Of a stretch of DNA of 64,000 bases, positions 60,792-64,000 are shown piece after piece. The first letter of the stretch is position 1. The number at the start of each line of letters is the position of its first letter. A program made the translations under genes and the position numbers. A model generated the notes under the pieces. That model had not been told where the DNA came from. It searched no databases and saw only the letters and a program-made list of their open reading frames with translations. Location of the stretch: contig CALVHN010000003.1 in NCBI GenBank assembly GCA_944327845.1, forward strand, positions 69,411 to 133,410. The letters are read 5' to 3'. Source of the DNA: an uncultured Bacilli bacterium (GTDB lineage Bacteria > Bacillota_I > Bacilli_A > RFN20 > CAG-826).

Positions 60792-61652
60792 TTAATAAAG
60801 TTTATGGGTGATAGTGATTGCTAATGCACCAGGACCAATATGAGTTGCAACACTTAATGAAAGCGGATTCATTTCAACATCATCTAAGTTAAAACGTTTC
60901 ATGATTTCCTCTTTCCATTTTGTTGCTTCTTCAAGGTCATAGGTATAAGCTACACCAAAAACCATTTCTTCGCGTGGAAAATTAGCAAAACGTGTTTCTA
61001 AATCTTTTTCTACGGCATCTAACATAACAACTTTTGCTTTTTTAACACCTATTGTTTTCTTAAATGAATCAAGTTTCTCGCCTAAAATTGTTAAAACTGG
61101 TTTAATTGAAACCATTTCACCAATTAAAGCAGCAGCAGGAGTGATTCTTCCTCCTTTTTTAAGGTATTTTAAAGTATCAACCATAATATAAATTGTGCTA
61201 TCAAAAGCAGTTTCTTCAAGTTTTGTTTTAATAGCTTCAGCATCAAGTCCTTTATTAGCTAATGCAATAGCATCTCTTACTGCAGCTTTTAAAGTTACTG
61301 AAATTCGATGATTATCAACAACTACGACTTTGCCATCAAATTCTTGTGCTAAAACTTTAGCATTATCACAACTATTAGATAATCCACTACTCATTGGAAT
61401 ATGTAATATTTGATCATATGTTTTAAGTTTTTCAGTCCATAAATCAATAATATCTTTTCTTGATGGTTGGCTGGTTTTAATATCAGCTCCATTATTCATT
61501 TTTTCATAAAATGTATTTGTATCGATTGTTTCGTTTTCAAAAAAAGTTTCTCCATCGATAATAATTGGCATTCTTAATACTGTTATACCGAGATCTTCTG
61601 CTTCTTCATGTGTAAATCCAGAGTTATCGTCGGTTATAATGCATATACTCAT
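60792..61652 (-). CDS. DegV-family fatty-acid-binding protein
   Basis: DegV pattern (ICIITDDNSGFT, GITVLRMPIIIDGE, YIMVDTLKYLKKGGRI). Confidence 0.85.
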   Translation of the reverse strand: MSICIITDDNSGFTHEEAEDLGITVLRMPIIIDGETFFENETIDTNTFYEKMNNGADIKTSQPSRKDIIDLWTEKLKTYDQILHIPMSSGLSNSCDNAKVLAQEFDGKVVVVDNHRISVTLKAAVRDAIALANKGLDAEAIKTKLEETAFDSTIYIMVDTLKYLKKGGRITPAAALIGEMVSIKPVLTILGEKLDSFKKTIGVKKAKVVMLDAVEKDLETRFANFPREEMVFGVAYTYDLEEATKWKEEIMKRFNLDDVEMNPLSLSVATHIGPGALAITITHKLY

Positions 61653-61848
61653 AAATTTCCCCCTAAAATTATTTTAAGATTATAAACTAACATTTTTTTG
61701 AAAAAAACATGGTATTAACAACTAGATTTAAGAGTTTTCAATAATAATAGAATTAGTGAAAGTTCAATTAGCTTAATTAATCGCTTGTTTTATTAGTATT
61801 TATTATAAAAAATTGCTAAAATTATTAGCTGTTGGAGGAATATAAATT

Positions 61849-62790
61849 ATGCCATTTTATGTAATTAAAGGTGATTTAGTTAACATGAATGTTGATGCAA
61901 TAGTTAATGCCGCAAATGTTAGTTTAAAGATGGTTGAAGGCGTTACTAGAGCAATTTTTCATAAAGCTGGAGATGAAATTTTAACTGATGCATGTAAAAA
62001 ATTGGTTTTAGAAAGAGGAAGAGGTGGATTTAAACCAGGAGATGCTATAGAAACTCCTTCTTTTAATTTAAAAAATTGTAAAATTATCATCCATGCAATC
62101 GGGCCTAATTATATTAATGGAAAACATAATGAAGAAAAAAATTTAATTCGTGCATATAAAGAATCTTTCGCTATTTTAAATAAATATAATTATCATTCTA
62201 TTGCCTTTCCTTTATTAAGTGGTGAATTTAATTATCCTTTAAAAGAAGCATATAAAGTAGCTTCAAATGTTATTTTAGATTATTTAAAAGATCATAAGGA
62301 TGATGTTGTTTACTTAGTAATGTATAAAACCTTCCCTATGCTAGTAAGCGATTCTTTACAAGAAGAATTAACTAAATATATTATCGAAAAGACTGCTAAT
62401 CATAAAATTGATGAGAAAAAGGATGTTGCAACAAGTACAACAAATATTAAGCTTGTTGAAACTATTAGAAAATTTCAAGTTTCAACTAATACTTCAGATG
62501 ATGAGCTAATATTAAGAGGAAATTTATCACATCGTCAATTTGAAAGATTATTAGAAAATCCTAATTATATTCCAACAAAAAATTGCATTATTGCCTTTGC
62601 TATTGCTATGAAACTTTCAGAAGAAGAGATGGAAGTTTTAATTAAATCATTAGGTTATACATATAGTAAATATAGTTTATTAGATTTAATTGTTGGCTTC
62701 TTCTTACAAAAAGGAATTTATGACGTCTATATGATTAATAATGCTCTTTTTGGTTATGAAGGAATACTTCCAATTGGTGCAGATTTTTAA
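61849..62790 (+). CDS. Macro-domain (ADP-ribose binding/processing) protein with an approximately 140-aa C-terminal extension
   Basis: VIKGDLVNMNVDAIVNAANVSL...IIHAIGP macro motifs. GGAGG RBS. Confidence 0.75.
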   Translation: MPFYVIKGDLVNMNVDAIVNAANVSLKMVEGVTRAIFHKAGDEILTDACKKLVLERGRGGFKPGDAIETPSFNLKNCKIIIHAIGPNYINGKHNEEKNLIRAYKESFAILNKYNYHSIAFPLLSGEFNYPLKEAYKVASNVILDYLKDHKDDVVYLVMYKTFPMLVSDSLQEELTKYIIEKTANHKIDEKKDVATSTTNIKLVETIRKFQVSTNTSDDELILRGNLSHRQFERLLENPNYIPTKNCIIAFAIAMKLSEEEMEVLIKSLGYTYSKYSLLDLIVGFFLQKGIYDVYMINNALFGYEGILPIGADF

Positions 62791-62836
62791 AAAAATAAAG
62801 AATAAAATTACTAAAATATAAATATTAAAATTATCT

Positions 62837-62870
62837 AAAAGTATTGATTAATTCGATACTTTTTTATTAT
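62837..62870 (+). terminator. Putative terminator after the macro-domain gene
   Basis: AAAAGTAT...ATACTTTT stem followed by TTATTATTTT. Confidence 0.4.
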
Positions 62871-63001
62871 TTTACTAATTCGGAAATTTCATTCCTGTAA
62901 TTCAGTATTTTTATACCAATTTGATGTTTACTGTTAAAATATTTTTAATTATAATTAAATTGTTGTTTACAACAAATGTTATATTTATAAAGGAGAATAT
63001 T

Positions 63002-64000
63002 ATGGCAAGATTTACTTTACCAAGAGATATCTACTATGGTGTTGGTTCTCTTAGTGAACTTAAAAATTTAAAAGGTAAAAAAGCTATTATTGTTACTGGT
63101 GGTCATTCAATGAAAGCTAGTGGTTTTCTTGATAAAACAGAACAATATTTAAAAGAAGCAGGATTAGAAGTTACTATTTTTGATGGTGTTGAACCAGATC
63201 CATCCATCGAAACTGTTATGAGAGGTGCAGAAAGAATGAGAGAATTCCAACCAGATTGGATTGTTTCAATCGGTGGTGGTTCTCCAATCGATGCTGCAAA
63301 AGCAATGTGGGTTTTCTATGAATATCCAAATGCAAAATTTGATGATTTAATTACCCCATTTAATTTCCCTAAATTAAGAACAAAAGCTAAATTTTTAGCA
63401 ATTCCTTCAACTAGTGGTACAGCTACCGAAGTTACAGCATTCTCTGTTATTACTGATTATGCAAAAGGTATTAAATATCCTTTAGCAGATTTTGAAATAA
63501 CACCAGATGTTGCAATCGTTGATCCTGAAATTGTTCGTTCACTTCCTAAAAAACAAGTTGCTTATACAGGAATGGATGCTTTAACACATGCTATTGAAAG
63601 TTATGTTGGTACCGTTGCTACTCCATTTACAGAATGCTTATCATTAAAAGCTATTCAAATGGTTAATACCTATCTTTTAGATTCTTTCAATAATCCAGAT
63701 GGAAGAGGCAGAGAAGAAATGCATTATGCTCAATGTTTAGCAGGTATGGCTTTCTCTAATGCTTTATTAGGAATTACCCACTCAATGGCTCATAAAACTG
63801 GTGCAGTTTTCTCAACTGGTCATATTCCACATGGCTGTGCTAATGCTATGTATTTACCACACGTTATTGAATATAATTCAAATAACAAAGTTGCTCTTGA
63901 AAGATATGCTCAAATTGCTCAAGCTTTAGGAATTCAAGGACATGATGCTCATGAACAAGTTCAAGGCTTAATTAATAGAATTCATGAATTAAATACTTTA
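63002..64000 (+). CDS. Iron-containing alcohol dehydrogenase (Fe-ADH family), 3' end beyond the window
   Basis: GGGSPIDAAKA and PSTSGTATEVT motifs; metal ligands in HAIES and HSMAHKTG. AAGGAGA RBS. The ORF is open to the end of the window. Confidence 0.85.
   Translation, partial: MARFTLPRDIYYGVGSLSELKNLKGKKAIIVTGGHSMKASGFLDKTEQYLKEAGLEVTIFDGVEPDPSIETVMRGAERMREFQPDWIVSIGGGSPIDAAKAMWVFYEYPNAKFDDLITPFNFPKLRTKAKFLAIPSTSGTATEVTAFSVITDYAKGIKYPLADFEITPDVAIVDPEIVRSLPKKQVAYTGMDALTHAIESYVGTVATPFTECLSLKAIQMVNTYLLDSFNNPDGRGREEMHYAQCLAGMAFSNALLGITHSMAHKTGAVFSTGHIPHGCANAMYLPHVIEYNSNNKVALERYAQIAQALGIQGHDAHEQVQGLINRIHELNTL

Overview
This 64 kb window is a very AT-rich (about 27-28 % GC), gene-dense chromosomal segment, almost all on the + strand. 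I infer it comes from a low-GC Gram-positive or wall-less relative (Erysipelotrichia / Acholeplasma-like) that is anaerobic and fermentative. The standard genetic code is in use: prfB (RF2) is present with its classic CTT-TGA-C +1 frameshift site, so TGA is a stop codon and not Trp as in Mycoplasma.

Recognisable content, in order:
- rpiB 3' end, then comFA-comFC, secA, prfB, a YitT-like membrane protein and uvrB.
- An M29 aminopeptidase, an acyl-ACP thioesterase and psuG-psuK.
- An L-arabinose/fucose-isomerase-like gene split across two ORFs.
- Pyruvate:ferredoxin oxidoreductase.
- hsp20 preceded by a CIRCE operator, a hemolysin-III gene, then uvrA-lgt-HAD(ppaX-like)-trxB-whiA.
- An XRE regulator with an exported protein.
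- A cadC-cadA heavy-metal pair with a palindromic operator.
- smpB.
- A small membrane peptide translationally coupled to a RimK-like ATP-grasp ligase, followed by pepT.
- dCMP deaminase, ecfA1-ecfA2-ecfT-truA, a standalone [FeFe]-hydrogenase, an arginase-family enzyme and ung.
- A surface lipoprotein with three CBM-like repeats plus a GH3 glycosidase; a G8 homopolymer sits in the promoter spacer upstream of the lipoprotein.
- A TPP riboswitch controlling a thiT-like transporter and thiamine pyrophosphokinase.
- ntdp, tsaE-tsaB-rimI-tsaD, asnS, eno, cvpA, a YolD-like gene, degV, a macro-domain gene and an Fe-type alcohol dehydrogenase (3' truncated).

No rRNA, tRNA, CRISPR or obvious mobile element was seen. 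Findings worth a second look are the poly-G promoter tract, the ATP-grasp/peptide cassette, the CIRCE-hsp20 arrangement, the unannotated TPP riboswitch, the split isomerase, the hidden 31-codon ORF and the odd comFA start.
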